From the NCBI GenBank assembly GCA_963823685.1, contig CAWGMM010000001.1, positions 60,355 to 124,354 on the forward strand: a stretch of DNA of 64,000 nt, written 5' to 3'. The notes under the pieces were generated by a model. The model ran no database searches. It worked only from the letters and a program-made list of their open reading frames with translations, and was not told where the DNA came from. The translations under genes and the position numbers were made by a program. Source of the DNA: an uncultured Isosphaeraceae bacterium (lineage in GTDB: Bacteria; Planctomycetota; Planctomycetia; Isosphaerales; Isosphaeraceae). Shown here piece after piece: positions 53,097 to 63,825 of the stretch. How positions within the stretch are numbered: position 1 is the stretch's first letter; the number at the start of each line of letters is the position of its first letter.

Positions 53097-56000
53097 TGTC
53101 GGGCACGTCTAGCCAGCGTCGCGCGGGCACCCTCATCCGGACCTCGGCCGGAGTGCTCGTCTGCGGGCTGATCGCGGGGCTGGGCCTGGGGCTGAACCGG
53201 GCCGAAGCCGAAGCCGAGACCGAGACCAGGACCGATGCCGATACCAGTCCGGCGGCGGTCGAGTTCTTCGAGCGCGAGGTCCGGCCGATCCTGGTCGAGC
53301 GCTGCCAGGGGTGCCACGGGCCGTCGAAATCGAAGGCGGAGTTACGGCTTGACTCGCGCGAGGCGGCGCTGGCCGGCGGGCAGAGCGGGCCGAGCGTCGT
53401 ACCGGGAAAACCGGGGGAAAGCCTGCTGATCGAGGCGATCAACTACGGCGACCTCCAGAAGATGCCTCCCAGGTCAAAGCTCCCCGCCGCGAGATCGACG
53501 CCCTGACCCGCTGGGTCGAGATCGGCGCTCCCTGGCCCTCGACGACGACCACGACAGCGGGCGGGGAATCCAGGGCCGGCGGACCGCCCGCCCGCTTCAA
53601 CCTGGAAGAACGCGCGGCGCGGCACTGGAGCTTTCAGCCGCTGGGGAACCCTCCCCTGCCCCGGGTCGTTCAGACCGGCTGGGCCCGGTCGCCGATCGAT
53701 CGATTCATCCTCGCGGGCCTGGAGTCGAAGGGCCTGGCGCCCGCTCCCGAGACCGATCGGCGGACCTGGCTCCGCCGGGTGAGCTTCGATCTGATCGGAT
53801 TGCCTCCCACCCCCGACGAGATCGCCGCGTTCCTGAACGACCGATCGCCCGCGGCCTACGAGACGGTGGTCGAGCGGCTCCTGGCCTCGCCCCGTTACGG
53901 CGAGCGATGGGCGCGGCACTGGCTCGACCTGGTGGCGTTCGCCGAGACCTCCGGGCACGAGTTCGACTACGAGATTCCCGATGCCTACCGATACCGCGAC
54001 TACCTGATCCGGGCCTTCAACGCCGACCTGCCCTACGACGAGCTCGTGGTCGAGCACCTGGCGGGCGACCTGCTCGCCAGCCCGCGCGTGCACCCGGCCG
54101 AAGGGTTCAACGAGTCGGTCCTGGGAACCGGTTTCCTCTTCATGAACGAAGGGACCCACTCGCCGGTCGATCTGCTGGAGGACGAAGCAACCCGGGTCGA
54201 TCACCAGATCGATGTCCTGTCCAAGACGTTCCTCGGCCTGACGGTCGCCTGCGCCCGGTGCCACGACCACAAGTTCGACCCGATCAGCACCCGCGACTAC
54301 TACGCCCTGGTCGGCTATTTCCACAGCTCGCGGCACCAGCACGCGTTCATCGATCCGCCGACGCGGATCGGGGCGAAGGTCGCGGAGCTGTCGGCGATCA
54401 AGCAGGCGCTCGCCCCGTTCGTAGCCGAGGCCAGCGCTTCCATTTCGTCCGAGCCGGATCGGGACGACGAGCCCGCGGCCGCGGCTCCGGCCGGATCGAC
54501 CCACGACGACGGCTCGGTCGTCTTCGAGAGCTTCGACGGTCCCGACTTCATCGGCTGGTCGAACACCGGCGACGCCTTCGGCCCCCGGCCCGACGCGCCC
54601 GGGCGACTGGCGGGTACGATCGGGAACGGGAAGCGAGGGCGAGGGCGAGGCCAAGGGCAAGGGCAAGGGCAAGGGCAAAAGCAAGGGTAAGGGCGAGAGC
54701 GAGGGCGATGGCGACGCGGCCGAGGTCGTCGCCCCCGGACTGGCGCACAGCGGACTGTCGGCCGATCGGCTTCAGGGGGTGCTCCGATCGCGGCACCTTC
54801 CGGATCGAGAAGCCCCTGATCCTGGTCCGGGCGGCGGGCCGCCAGGGACGGATTCAACTCGTCATCGACGGCTTCGAGAAGATCCGCGCGCCGATCTACG
54901 GCGGCCTGTCGATCGCCGTCAAGGCCGAGACGCCCGCCTGGTACACGATCGACGTGACGATGTGGCAGGGACACCGGGCCTACCTCGAGATGATCGACGG
55001 CGCCGCGCTCGACTACACGGGGGGTCCGACCCGGTACGCGCCGGGTGACGGCTACCTCGCGGTCGACGAGATCCGGTTCGCCGACACGAAGCCACACGGA
55101 AAGGACTCCGGACCGGGACGAGGGTTTGGCCGGACGGTCCTCGACCTGGGCCGATGCGCCGCGCCTTGCGGGCGCATCCGTGGGACGCCGAGTTGATCCG
55201 GTATCGCGCGGTGGCGTCGGCGATTCCCGAGCCGAACCTGGGGCTATCGATCGCCGACGGGACCGGCGAGGACGCCCACGTCCAGATCCGCGGCAGTACC
55301 CGGAACCTGGGCGACGTGGTCCCGCGCCGGTTCCTGGAGGCGATCGCTGGCAAGGACCAGAGCGCGCCGTCGACCGAGCCCGCCGCGGGAAGCGGCCGGC
55401 TCGACCTGGCGCGGCGGGTGGTCGATCCGTCGAATCCGCTCCTGGCCCGGGTGCTGGTCAACCGGGTCTGGAAGCACCATTTCGGCGAGGGGATCGTCCG
55501 CACCCCGGACGACTTCGGCCTGATGGGCCGGCCCCCCAGCCATCCCGAGCTACTCGACGACCTGGCCCGCCGGTTCATCGCAGGCGGATTCTCGATCAAG
55601 AGCCTGCACCGCCTGATCGTCCTGTCGAGCACCTACCGGATGTCGAGCGATCCGGCGACGGGCCATGGCGGCGACTCGTCGGCCGAACAGGTCGATCCCA
55701 GTAACGAGCGGCTGCATCGGATGAACCTGCGCCGGCTCGAGGCCGAGGTCCTGCGCGACACGCTGCTGTCGATCTCGGGGCGGCTCGACCCGCGCTGTAC
55801 GGTCCCAGCGTCGCCCCCTACCTGACGCCCTTCATGGACGGCCGGGGCCGTCCCGCGCGCATCGGGACCGCTCGACGGCGACGGCCGGCGCAGCATCTAC
55901 CTCAACGTCCGCCGCAACTTCCTGAACCCGCTGTTGCTCGCCTTCGACTTTCCGACGCCGTCGTCCCCCATGGGCCGGCGCAACGTCTCGAACGTCCCCG

Positions 56001-56279
56001 CGCAGGCGCTGACCCTGCTCAACGACCCGTTCGTCGTCGCCCAGGCCCGGCTCTGGGCCGAGCGCTGCGCCGAGTGAAGGCAAACCCGACGGCCGTTCGC
56101 CATCCGAACGCGTCGGCCAGCTCTACGAGACCGCCTTCGGCCGACCGCCCAGCCCCGACGAGACCGCCGCGGCGCTCGCCTTCCTGAGCGCCGGCGATAC
56201 GCCGCTGGATGACCCGCGAGCCTGGGCTGACCTGTGCCATGTGCTGGTCAATGTTAAGGAATTTATTTATGTAAAGTAA
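53097..56279 (+). pseudogene. PSCyt1 (planctomycete cytochrome c) - DUF1549 - DUF1553 - PSD1 family protein, split over several frames
   Basis: CQGCHG heme motif with LLIEAINYGDLQKMPP; DUF1549 block LPPTPDEIAAFLND...RYGERWARHWLDLVAFAETSGHEFD; DUF1553 block LARVLVNRVWKHHFGEGIVRTPDDFG; conserved C-terminus CHVLVNVKEFIYVK. Confidence 0.7.
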
Positions 56280-56606
56280 AAGCGTTCATTCTTGATTTTG
56301 ATTGATCCAATCATTAAAATATGTTTTGATGATTTGACTTAAATCGGTGGTGTCCCAGATCCATTGCAGGAAGAGATATGGCCTTTCTCCCCCCTTAAAA
56401 AAGGGGGCAAGGCGGGGTCGGCCTGGTCGGCCGCCTGGTCTCGTGGCGGGCTTAACCCCCCAACCCTCTTGGAAAGGGGGGAGAAGCGTGTATCGATTCT
56501 CGTGCAAGGGATCTGGGACCTCACCCTAAAAAATCGGCTCTGCGGAATTCTCCGTTTCGCACGTTCGTTTCCAATGATCTCTCGAACTTCACCAGCGGAG
56601 TGCCGC

Positions 56607-58040
56607 ATGCACTGCCAGCGCTATCACAGCGAGCCCGCGACCCGACGCGAGATGTTGCTCCGCTGCGCCAGCGGATTTGGCGGGCTGGCGATGACGGCGC
56701 TTCTGCGCGATCCGGCGTTCGGCGAGGCGCTGAAGACCGCGGACGACCCGCTCACGCCCCGGCCGCCCCACTTCACGCCACGGGCGCGGAACGTGATCTT
56801 CCTGTACATGGACGGCGGGCCGTCGCAGATGGACACGTTCGACCCCAAGCCGCGGCTCGACCGCGAGCATGGCCAGCCGATCAAGGTCAAGACCCACCCG
56901 ACCCAGTTCAACAACGTTGGCAACGTGCTCAGGTCGCCGTGGACGTTCCGCCCGTACGGCGAGAGCGGCATCCCGGTCAGCGACCTGTTTCGACACGTTG
57001 GTGAGTGCGTCGACGACCTGGCGATCGTCCGGTCGATGGTCTCGAACTTCTCCGAGCACACCAGCGCCAATTACTTCCTGCACACCGGCAGCGGCCTCCA
57101 GGGCCGGCCCAGCCACGGCGCCTGGGTCACGTACGGGCTGGGCAGCGAGTGCCGCGACCTGCCCGGCTTCGTCGTCCTGAACGGCGGCCTGATTCCTCCC
57201 GGCGGGCTCGACTGCTTCAACAGCGGCTTTCTTCCCGCGTCGTACCAGGGCTCGATCTTCAAGGCCGGCGCCAACCCGGTCGCCAATATCGAGCCGACCG
57301 AGTCGTCGACCGACATCCGCGACCGCAAGCTGCGCGCTGTTGCGGACCCTCGACCAGGGGGTCCTGGGCCGGATCGGCCACCACGACGCGCTCGAGTCGG
57401 TCGATCGCCAACTACGAGCTGGCCTTCAAGATGCAGGCCGCGGTGCCGGGCCTGCTCGACCTGTCGGGTGAATCGAAGGCGACCCAGCAGCTTTACGGTC
57501 TCGACGCGGCGTACCCGCCCACCCAGATCTACGGCCGGCTCTGCCTGCTGGCCCGACGCCTGGTGGAGCGCGGGGTCCGGTTCGTCGAGCTACTCTGTCC
57601 CAAGGTCACGGGCGACCGATGGGACCAGCACTCGAACCTCAAGGACGGTCACGAGAACAACGCGCCGCGCCGTGGACCAGCCCATCGCCGCGCTGCTCAA
57701 GGACCTGAAAGCCCGCGGCCTGCTCGAATCGACCCTGGTCGTCTGGGGCGGCGAGTTCGGCCGGACCCCCATGGCCCAGGGAAGCAACGGCCGCGACCAC
57801 AACCCCTATGGTTTCACCATGTGGCTGGCCGGCGGCGGTATCAAGGGGGGGACCATCCACGGCGCGACCGACGACTACGGCTACCACGCCGTCGAGAACA
57901 AGGTCGAGGTCCACGACCTTCACGCCACCATCCTGCACCTCCTGGGCATCGACCACAAGCGCCTGACCTTCCGCTTCAGCGGTCGCGACATGCGGCTGAC
58001 CGACGTGCATGGCGAGATCGTCACACCGATCATCGCATGA
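56607..58040 (+). CDS. DUF1501 family protein (Tat signal; sulfatase-like fold), partner of the DUF1549/DUF1553 gene; middle section out of frame, about 57340-57700
   Basis: Tat-like [15 protein letters not shown]; [19 protein letters not shown]; C-terminus [11 protein letters not shown]...[21 protein letters not shown]; central [22 protein letters not shown] is in another frame, flanked by two compensating shifts. Confidence 0.7.
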   Translation: MHCQRYHSEPATRREMLLRCASGFGGLAMTALLRDPAFGEALKTADDPLTPRPPHFTPRARNVIFLYMDGGPSQMDTFDPKPRLDREHGQPIKVKTHPTQFNNVGNVLRSPWTFRPYGESGIPVSDLFRHVGECVDDLAIVRSMVSNFSEHTSANYFLHTGSGLQGRPSHGAWVTYGLGSECRDLPGFVVLNGGLIPPGGLDCFNSGFLPASYQGSIFKAGANPVANIEPTESSTDIRDRKLRAVADPRPGGPGPDRPPRRARVGRSPTTSWPSRCRPRCRACSTCRVNRRRPSSFTVSTRRTRPPRSTAGSACWPDAWWSAGSGSSSYSVPRSRATDGTSTRTSRTVTRTTRRAVDQPIAALLKDLKARGLLESTLVVWGGEFGRTPMAQGSNGRDHNPYGFTMWLAGGGIKGGTIHGATDDYGYHAVENKVEVHDLHATILHLLGIDHKRLTFRFSGRDMRLTDVHGEIVTPIIA

Positions 58041-58041
58041 G

Positions 58042-58386
58042 ATGAGTATACAAACACGTAAAATAATCGTTATCGACACCTGCGACGGCTGCGGCGCGTG
58101 CTGCCAGGTGGTGACGAGCCCGCCGTTTCATCGGGTTTTCGGCGAGCGGGGCGAGGACAACTGGGAAATCCTCCGGCACGATCACCCCGAGCTGGCCACC
58201 GAGATCCTCGCCGCCGAATCCGCCCGCCGCGCCCTTGGCGTTCCCGATTACGGTTCGCCCTGTCTCTGGTACGACCCCGCGACCCGGCTCTGCCGCCATC
58301 ACGACCTTCGCCCACGCGCCTGCCGTGCCTTCGAGATCGGCGGCATCGATTGCCGCGACGCGAGGCGACGCGCCGGCATGCCTTGA
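58042..58386 (+). CDS. YkgJ-family Cys-cluster (putative zinc/iron-chelating, CxxCxxCC) protein
   Basis: [14 protein letters not shown] motif. Confidence 0.6.
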   Translation: MSIQTRKIIVIDTCDGCGACCQVVTSPPFHRVFGERGEDNWEILRHDHPELATEILAAESARRALGVPDYGSPCLWYDPATRLCRHHDLRPRACRAFEIGGIDCRDARRRAGMP

Positions 58387-58408
58387 TTCATGAACGTATC
58401 GAATGCAC

Positions 58409-58723
58409 CTATTCAACAAGCCGGACGTGCCGGACGCCCCGCGTGCTCAGCCAGCCCAGGAGCGATTCCTGCTCCTCGGTCAGCTCGACCTCGGTCATGT
58501 TGGCCGTGTCGAGGGGTGAGACGAGGTAAAAGACGCCTTCGTCGACCCAGCGCGCGACTTCCTCGGGGTCGAACCAGTATTCGTTCTCGCCCAGTGCCGG
58601 GACACCCGGCGTTCCCGGCGCCGCCATGAAGTAAACGAGCTGGCTCCGCAGCCGCGCCGAGAGCGGATAGGGCGCCACCTCGGGACGATCGATCGGGACG
58701 AGTGCGGGACGTGACTGAGCCAT
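58409..58723 (-). CDS. hypothetical protein
   Basis: ORF only. Confidence 0.3.
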   Translation of the reverse strand: MAQSRPALVPIDRPEVAPYPLSARLRSQLVYFMAAPGTPGVPALGENEYWFDPEEVARWVDEGVFYLVSPLDTANMTEVELTEEQESLLGWLSTRGVRHVRLVE

Positions 58724-58802
58724 CGTTTCCTTCGTGTTGCCGTCGTTTGTGGTCGTGATGAGGTCAGGCAGGTTGAAGCCTACCCGACCGGAGGGATCGC
58801 CT

Positions 58803-59471
58803 TCAAGGCAGAGGCTCGGGAGGCTCGTCGGGTCCGCGGAGATTCCGATAGGTCACCCGAGGCAGACCGCGCGAGAACGCCGGAAAGACCGGATCGACCA
58901 GCCCGAGCCGCGCCGCGGCCCGTCGATCGGTGCCGGGAGGAAGCGGCGCGCTCTTGATCAAGATCAGCTCGCATGCCTTCAGGTCCAGCGCCACACGGGC
59001 GGCGATCGTGTCGCTGGTCACGTCCCACGAGGCGGGCAAGGGGTCGCTCGGATCGAGCGTCGTCCGCAACGAGATGGCGGTACGGGGCGAGGGCGGGAAT
59101 CCGGCCATGCGACCAGATCGGGTCCAGACCCGCGAGGTCGTCGGTCACCTCGATCATGGCCAGGAGCGCCGCGAGAACCTCGCGGTCAGGTCCATTGATC
59201 GGATCGCCAGGTCATGGGCCGCGCGGTCACCGATCGCGAAAACCCGGTCGACGTCCCTGATCCAATCGGCCGCGGGGCCGCCGCCGGTCACGACCACGAG
59301 GCGCTGTCCCGCCTCGCGGCGACGATCAAGGAACCGGCCCAGGCGGTCCGGCAAATCCGGCCAGTCGAGGAGGCTACCGCCGACCTTCACGACCACGATC
59401 GATCGAGAAGCGCTCGATATTCGCGGCTCGCCGCCCGCTTCGCACGGAAGCTCGCGCTCGCTGGCGAGCAC
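58803..59471 (-). pseudogene. amino-acid-kinase-family (Asp/Glu/uridylate kinase fold) protein, frameshifted
   Basis: SIVVVKVGGSLL (N-terminus); C-terminal TSDTIAARVALDLKACELILIKSAP in another frame. Confidence 0.5.
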
Positions 59472-59742
59472 GAGCAGCGCGCGGGCGCAGCCGGCGCTCG
59501 AGGCGACAGCGCCCAGGCGTCGTTCAGGCTGAGGATCGAGCCCCCCGGCTCGATCAGCGCCCGGCCAGTCGGCGGGCGAGGAACTCCCCCGAGCCGGCCA
59601 CGACGGCGGATCGCGGCCGGCCGATGGACGCGTGGCAAGCGCCGCTCTGCGCCGGCCTCAAGCCGGGCCAGCAGCGCCTCATCGGCCGCGCGGGCGAAGG
59701 CCAGGGCGTCGTCGTCGCTGAAGCCGTCGCGGTCGGTCCCGA

Positions 59743-60462
59743 TCATCCGGGCCATCCGCTCGCGGGCCGCGTCGCGAGTCGCGGGGCGGCCGTCGGCGGT
59801 CGAGAGGTCCTTGGGGTCCGCGCGATCTCATCCAGCGTCAGATAGACGTCAAGCGTTGACGCGAACAGCTCGGCCGCCAGACCGGTCGGCACCCCGCGAT
59901 GCGGCAGGTCGGTCGCCAGCGCACAGATCGGGGTTCGCCGGACGCCGGCATACACCAGCTCGCCCGTCTGGAGCCGTTCGGTGTCGGTCCGACCCCGGGC
60001 GCGGTGCAGGCCGTCGGCCAGGGGAATCAGGTCGGTCGTGGTGGTGCCGATATCGATCAGGAGACCCGGTCCTTCGGGCACGAGCCGGGCCGCCAGCGTG
60101 GCCAGCGCCAGCCAGTTGGCCGCCGCCGCCAGCTCCGGCCGTTGCCGAATCGTCGCGACATCGTGGAGCCGGCCATCCACCCCCCACACCTCAACGAGCC
60201 GTGGCCCGAAAGCCTCTTCCACCGCGTCGAGGACCGCGCTAACCCCGACCGCCTTGGTCGGATAACAGTCACATAGCTCGGCCGTCATCGTGACCGCCAG
60301 CCGATCGGACTGAGGAAACGTCGCCCCCAGCGCCGCCAGGACCCGGCCCAGCTCATCCGGCCGTTTCCAGACCTCGAACGGCAAGGTCCGCGCCGGTCCC
60401 GCCGTATGCGCCGCCTTGATGTTCGGCGCCCCCGATATCCAGCGCCAGCCACGAATCCAGGA
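59743..60462 (-). CDS. hydantoinase/oxoprolinase-like (actin-fold ATPase) protein of the H4MPT-linked C1 pathway family; C-terminus probably frameshifted
   Basis: MSEILDSWLALDIGGANIKAAH (start at 60462, in frame), LAVTMTAELCDCYP, LLIDIGTTTTDLIP. Confidence 0.55.
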   Translation of the reverse strand, partial: SWIRGWRWISGAPNIKAAHTAGPARTLPFEVWKRPDELGRVLAALGATFPQSDRLAVTMTAELCDCYPTKAVGVSAVLDAVEEAFGPRLVEVWGVDGRLHDVATIRQRPELAAAANWLALATLAARLVPEGPGLLIDIGTTTTDLIPLADGLHRARGRTDTERLQTGELVYAGVRRTPICALATDLPHRGVPTGLAAELFASTLDVYLTLDEIARTPRTSRPPTAAPRLATRPASGWPG

Positions 60463-60468
60463 TCTCGC

Positions 60469-61526
60469 TCATGGGGGGAACCTCCCGGTCGACCGCGATC
60501 GCCCCTGAACCTGAACCAATCGACCGTCCGCCGCGAATGTGACGGGATCGCCTGATTCCCAGTCCAGGATCGGAGTCCGGCCGGCTTCCTCGCGATCGGG
60601 ATCGCTCTCGATCAACCCTTCAAGCCAACGTCGTGCCAGACTCCCGGGAGATCGCCCCGCCGCCCGGGTCAGGCCCACCATCGACGTCGTCGGCCGGGGG
60701 TTGATCTCCAGCACCACGCCACACTTTGCCACGTCATCCCACACATAATCAACCCCCACAAACCCAGCCAGACCCGGAACGGCGGCGACGGCCTGCGCGG
60801 CGACCTCCAGGCCCAGGGGCTCGACCGGGACCGTTCCTCCGCGATAATGGAACCGGCCGTGCTCGATCGCGATCTCTTGCCGTCCCGCTGCGATCGGGTG
60901 CGCCCGGCCGTCGGCTCCCACCAGGAAGCTCGCGCTCATGGGCACGCCCTGCGCATACGGCTGAAGCAGAGCCGACCCCATCGACCGGGCCGGAACGGGA
61001 CAGGCCCCCGCCTCCGTGACCAGGTACGTATCCATCGTCCCCGCGCCGTCGATCGGCTTGAGCACCGCGGGATAGGAAAAATCGGCCGGCAACCCCCGCC
61101 GCGGCACGACCGGAATGGTCTCGGGAGTCGTGACGCCGCGGCTTCGCAGGTGACGGCCGAGCCGAAGCTTGTCGCCGCATAGCTCGATCGCCCCGGGGCT
61201 CGATCCCAGCGACCGGCCGCCGCTCTCAAGGATCGATGCCGCCCGCGCGGCAGAATTCCCCCGGTCTCGGGAGCCACCAGCACGGTATAATCGACCCGGG
61301 AGGCAAGCTGCCGGAAGACTCGCTCTTCCTCGCCCTTGCCGATGCGGACCACCGACCAGGAATCAGCGACCGACTCGAGCTCGGGCTCGACCTCATCGGT
61401 AAACCGCTCATCGAGCGTGACGACCACGCGGACACCTGGCAAGGCGGCGAACTCGTCGGCGATCGCCCTCCGCATCGCCTTTCCCTCCGCCGCCCAGCTC
61501 GCCGGCAGCGGCGCCGGCCAGACCAC
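60469..61526 (-). pseudogene. ATP-grasp enzyme (H4MPT-biosynthesis orfY-like), frameshifted near 61100
   Basis: YPAVLKPIDGAGTMDTYLV...VVLEINPRPTTSMVGL (ATP-grasp core); N-terminal pre-ATP-grasp part lies in ORF 60936-61526. Confidence 0.6.
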
Positions 61527-61594
61527 CGCCCGTCACCCATTCGTGAACCAGGATGCTTGTCGTCATAAATCAACCACGCACGGTCTTCTTGATG

Positions 61595-62452
61595 GAACAA
61601 TCCCCGCGTCTGATCCCTGTCCTTGATATCCTGCGCGGAGTCGCGGTCCACGCCGTCGGCGGGGACCGTGCATCTTATCAGCCCCTGCGGAGTTGTCTCC
61701 ATCCCGATAGCGACCCTCTCGGTATCGCCCGGGGCATCCGCGAGCGGCTCGGCCTGCGCGAGCTCTACCTCGCCGACCTGGACGCGATCGCGGGCGCGGC
61801 TCCGAACATCGATCTCTACCGGGCGATCTCCGCCTTGGATTTGCCTCTCTGGATCGACGCCGGTATCCGCGACCGGAAGTCGCTGGCTCCCCTGCTCTCG
61901 CCATGGCCCGGCGCGGGGAACGAACCAGCTCCCTTCACGATCATCGCCGGCCTGGAGACCGTCCAGGGGCCCGAGGCGCTCGCGACCATGGTCGACGAGG
62001 TGGGGCCGGATCGCCTGGTCTTCAGTCTCGACCTCCGGGCCGGTCGGCCGCTCATCGAGGGCCGTCGCGAGGCCTGGGGTTCCGATGATCCCTGCACGAT
62101 CGCCAGGACCGCCTGTCGATCGGGAGCCCGCCGGATCCTGGTCCTCGACCTCGCCCGCGTCGGCACGGGTCGGGGGATCGGACCCGCAACCCGGGCGATC
62201 CTCGCCCAGCTCCGCGCCGGATACCCGGAGCTGGAGATCAGCGTCGGAGGCGGCATCGCGAGCCGTTCCGAGCTTCACGACCTGGCCCAGGCCGGCGCCG
62301 ACGCCGTCCTCGTCGGCTCAGCCCTGCACGATGGCCGGATCGAAACCGAATCGCTTCCAGACCGTCGAGGCCAGGCTACGGATGTTCCAAGTGGTTCGTC
62401 CACTCGACCCGAGCCGACTGTCCGAAGCTTTCCTCGACCTCGACCCGGATGA
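61595..62452 (+). CDS. HisA/HisF-family (beta/alpha)8-barrel protein of the H4MPT-biosynthesis type
   Basis: MEQSPRLIPVLDILRGVAVHAVGG...SVGGGIAS...DAVLVGSALHDG. Confidence 0.6.
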   Translation, partial: EQSPRLIPVLDILRGVAVHAVGGDRASYQPLRSCLHPDSDPLGIARGIRERLGLRELYLADLDAIAGAAPNIDLYRAISALDLPLWIDAGIRDRKSLAPLLSPWPGAGNEPAPFTIIAGLETVQGPEALATMVDEVGPDRLVFSLDLRAGRPLIEGRREAWGSDDPCTIARTACRSGARRILVLDLARVGTGRGIGPATRAILAQLRAGYPELEISVGGGIASRSELHDLAQAGADAVLVGSALHDGRIETESLPDRRGQATDVPSGSSTRPEPTVRSFPRPRPG

Positions 62453-62935
62453 TCCGGGGCACGGTGATGCCTCGTGCGGTCATCCGTTCCCGGAGGGCAC
62501 CGGCGATGTAGTCGCCCAGCAACTCGGCGGTCGTATTGGCGATCGGCAGCAGGGCACACTCATCGCGAGGGAAGCTCCAGAACCGGTCACGATACCGGAC
62601 CCGCCAGTTCGGCCCATCCTCATCGAGCACGATGAAGGCGCACTTGCGGTCGGCAGGAGCATCCGGTGGTCGATCTCGTCGACAATCTCGCGGGTGAGGT
62701 CCTTCAGCGCGATAAAGTCGAACACGTAATGGTTCTCGTCCAGCCGGTCCTCGATCTCGACGGCGACCCGGTAATTATGGCCGTGGACCCGCTCGCACAG
62801 GCCCCCTCCATAGGTGATGAAGTGCCCCGAGCTGAACACGAGGTAATCCTTGCTGACACGAACCTGATAGCGCGAACCGGCCACGGTCGAAAAACTCCTC
62901 ACGGGATGCGGACCCGCTTTCCTCTGCATCTTCAT
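62376..62935 (-). pseudogene. 6-pyruvoyl-tetrahydropterin synthase (QueD/PTPS family), frameshifted
   Basis: FSSGHFITYGGGLCERVHGHNYRVAVEIE...HYVFDFIALKDL; C-terminus NWRVRYRDRFWSFPRDECALLPIANTTAE in another frame. Confidence 0.65.
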
Positions 62936-63822
62936 CGGCGAAACGAGAGCGGCAACGGGATTGTCCCATCCCGCAGCCCGGCGAACAAGGCGGCGGCGAT
63001 CAGGTCGGCCGTGGCGCCGGGGTTGCGGGCATGGCCATCGGCGCGGAGCCAGTCGTCAAGATCTCTGCAACGCGCGTGCCCGGCCTCGGAGTCGGGCCAG
63101 CCTGACGCCAGGACGTCGGCGGCCTGCCGCGTGGCTTCGGATGCGATCGCATGACCCCGCTTGCGTGCGATCAGGGTATCGGGATGCCGAGCCAGCAGGG
63201 TGAGATACGCGCTCACGATCGACATTTCGAGCGGCTGGCCCACTTCCAGGGCGTTGCGCAGGGCGGGCAGAGCCTCGGCAAGAACCTGCTCGTAGTTGTT
63301 CGCGTACTGACGCGCCACCAGGTCGCGGCCGGCCGCCAACCGCATCGTCCCGAGCAGGCTGACACCTGGCTCGGCCGCGACGTCCTGTTCGGCGACCTCA
63401 CCCAGGCCGCCAGGATGGGCCAGACGGATGGCCTGGTAAACCTCGCGCGCATCTTCGATCGTGGTCGCCGCCAGGACTCCGGCAACTCCGGCTTCGAGCG
63501 GTTGGTCCAAAGGCACAGCCGCCAGGGGGGCAAGCAACAGGACCATGCCCAGGTTCGTGTTCGTCGCCACGACCCTGCGGGTCGCCTCGATCGCCTTGCG
63601 GATCGAACGGCCGATTCCTTCGGTCCGGGCCAGGTCGAGAGGGCCGGCGATCGCCGCGGCGCTGACGCAAAAATCGAGGAACCCGCAATCCTCGAAGTCG
63701 CTCCCGGCCCCGCGATGGACGTTCCCCGGCTTGGGCGCGTTGACCTCCAGGAGACACGCAAGTTGCGCGAGCAGGCCGGGTGACGGTGAAGCGAAGGACG
63801 GGGTGCGAACATCGACGCTCAT
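62932..63822 (-). CDS. triphosphoribosyl-dephospho-CoA synthase (CitG/MdcB)-family protein, H4MPT-associated type
   Basis: LLEVNAPKPGNVHRGAG CitG-family motif; ATGA start/stop overlap with the upstream gene. Confidence 0.7.
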   Translation of the reverse strand: MSVDVRTPSFASPSPGLLAQLACLLEVNAPKPGNVHRGAGSDFEDCGFLDFCVSAAAIAGPLDLARTEGIGRSIRKAIEATRRVVATNTNLGMVLLLAPLAAVPLDQPLEAGVAGVLAATTIEDAREVYQAIRLAHPGGLGEVAEQDVAAEPGVSLLGTMRLAAGRDLVARQYANNYEQVLAEALPALRNALEVGQPLEMSIVSAYLTLLARHPDTLIARKRGHAIASEATRQAADVLASGWPDSEAGHARCRDLDDWLRADGHARNPGATADLIAAALFAGLRDGTIPLPLSFRR

Positions 63823-63825
63823 GAG

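Noticed and set aside
54630-54715. Hexanucleotide (ggcaag/ggcgag) repeat tract
   Set aside because: It lies within the coding region of the DUF1549/DUF1553 gene, encoding a (GKG)n/(EGE)n low-complexity linker. It is a plausible slippage hotspot, not an independent element.
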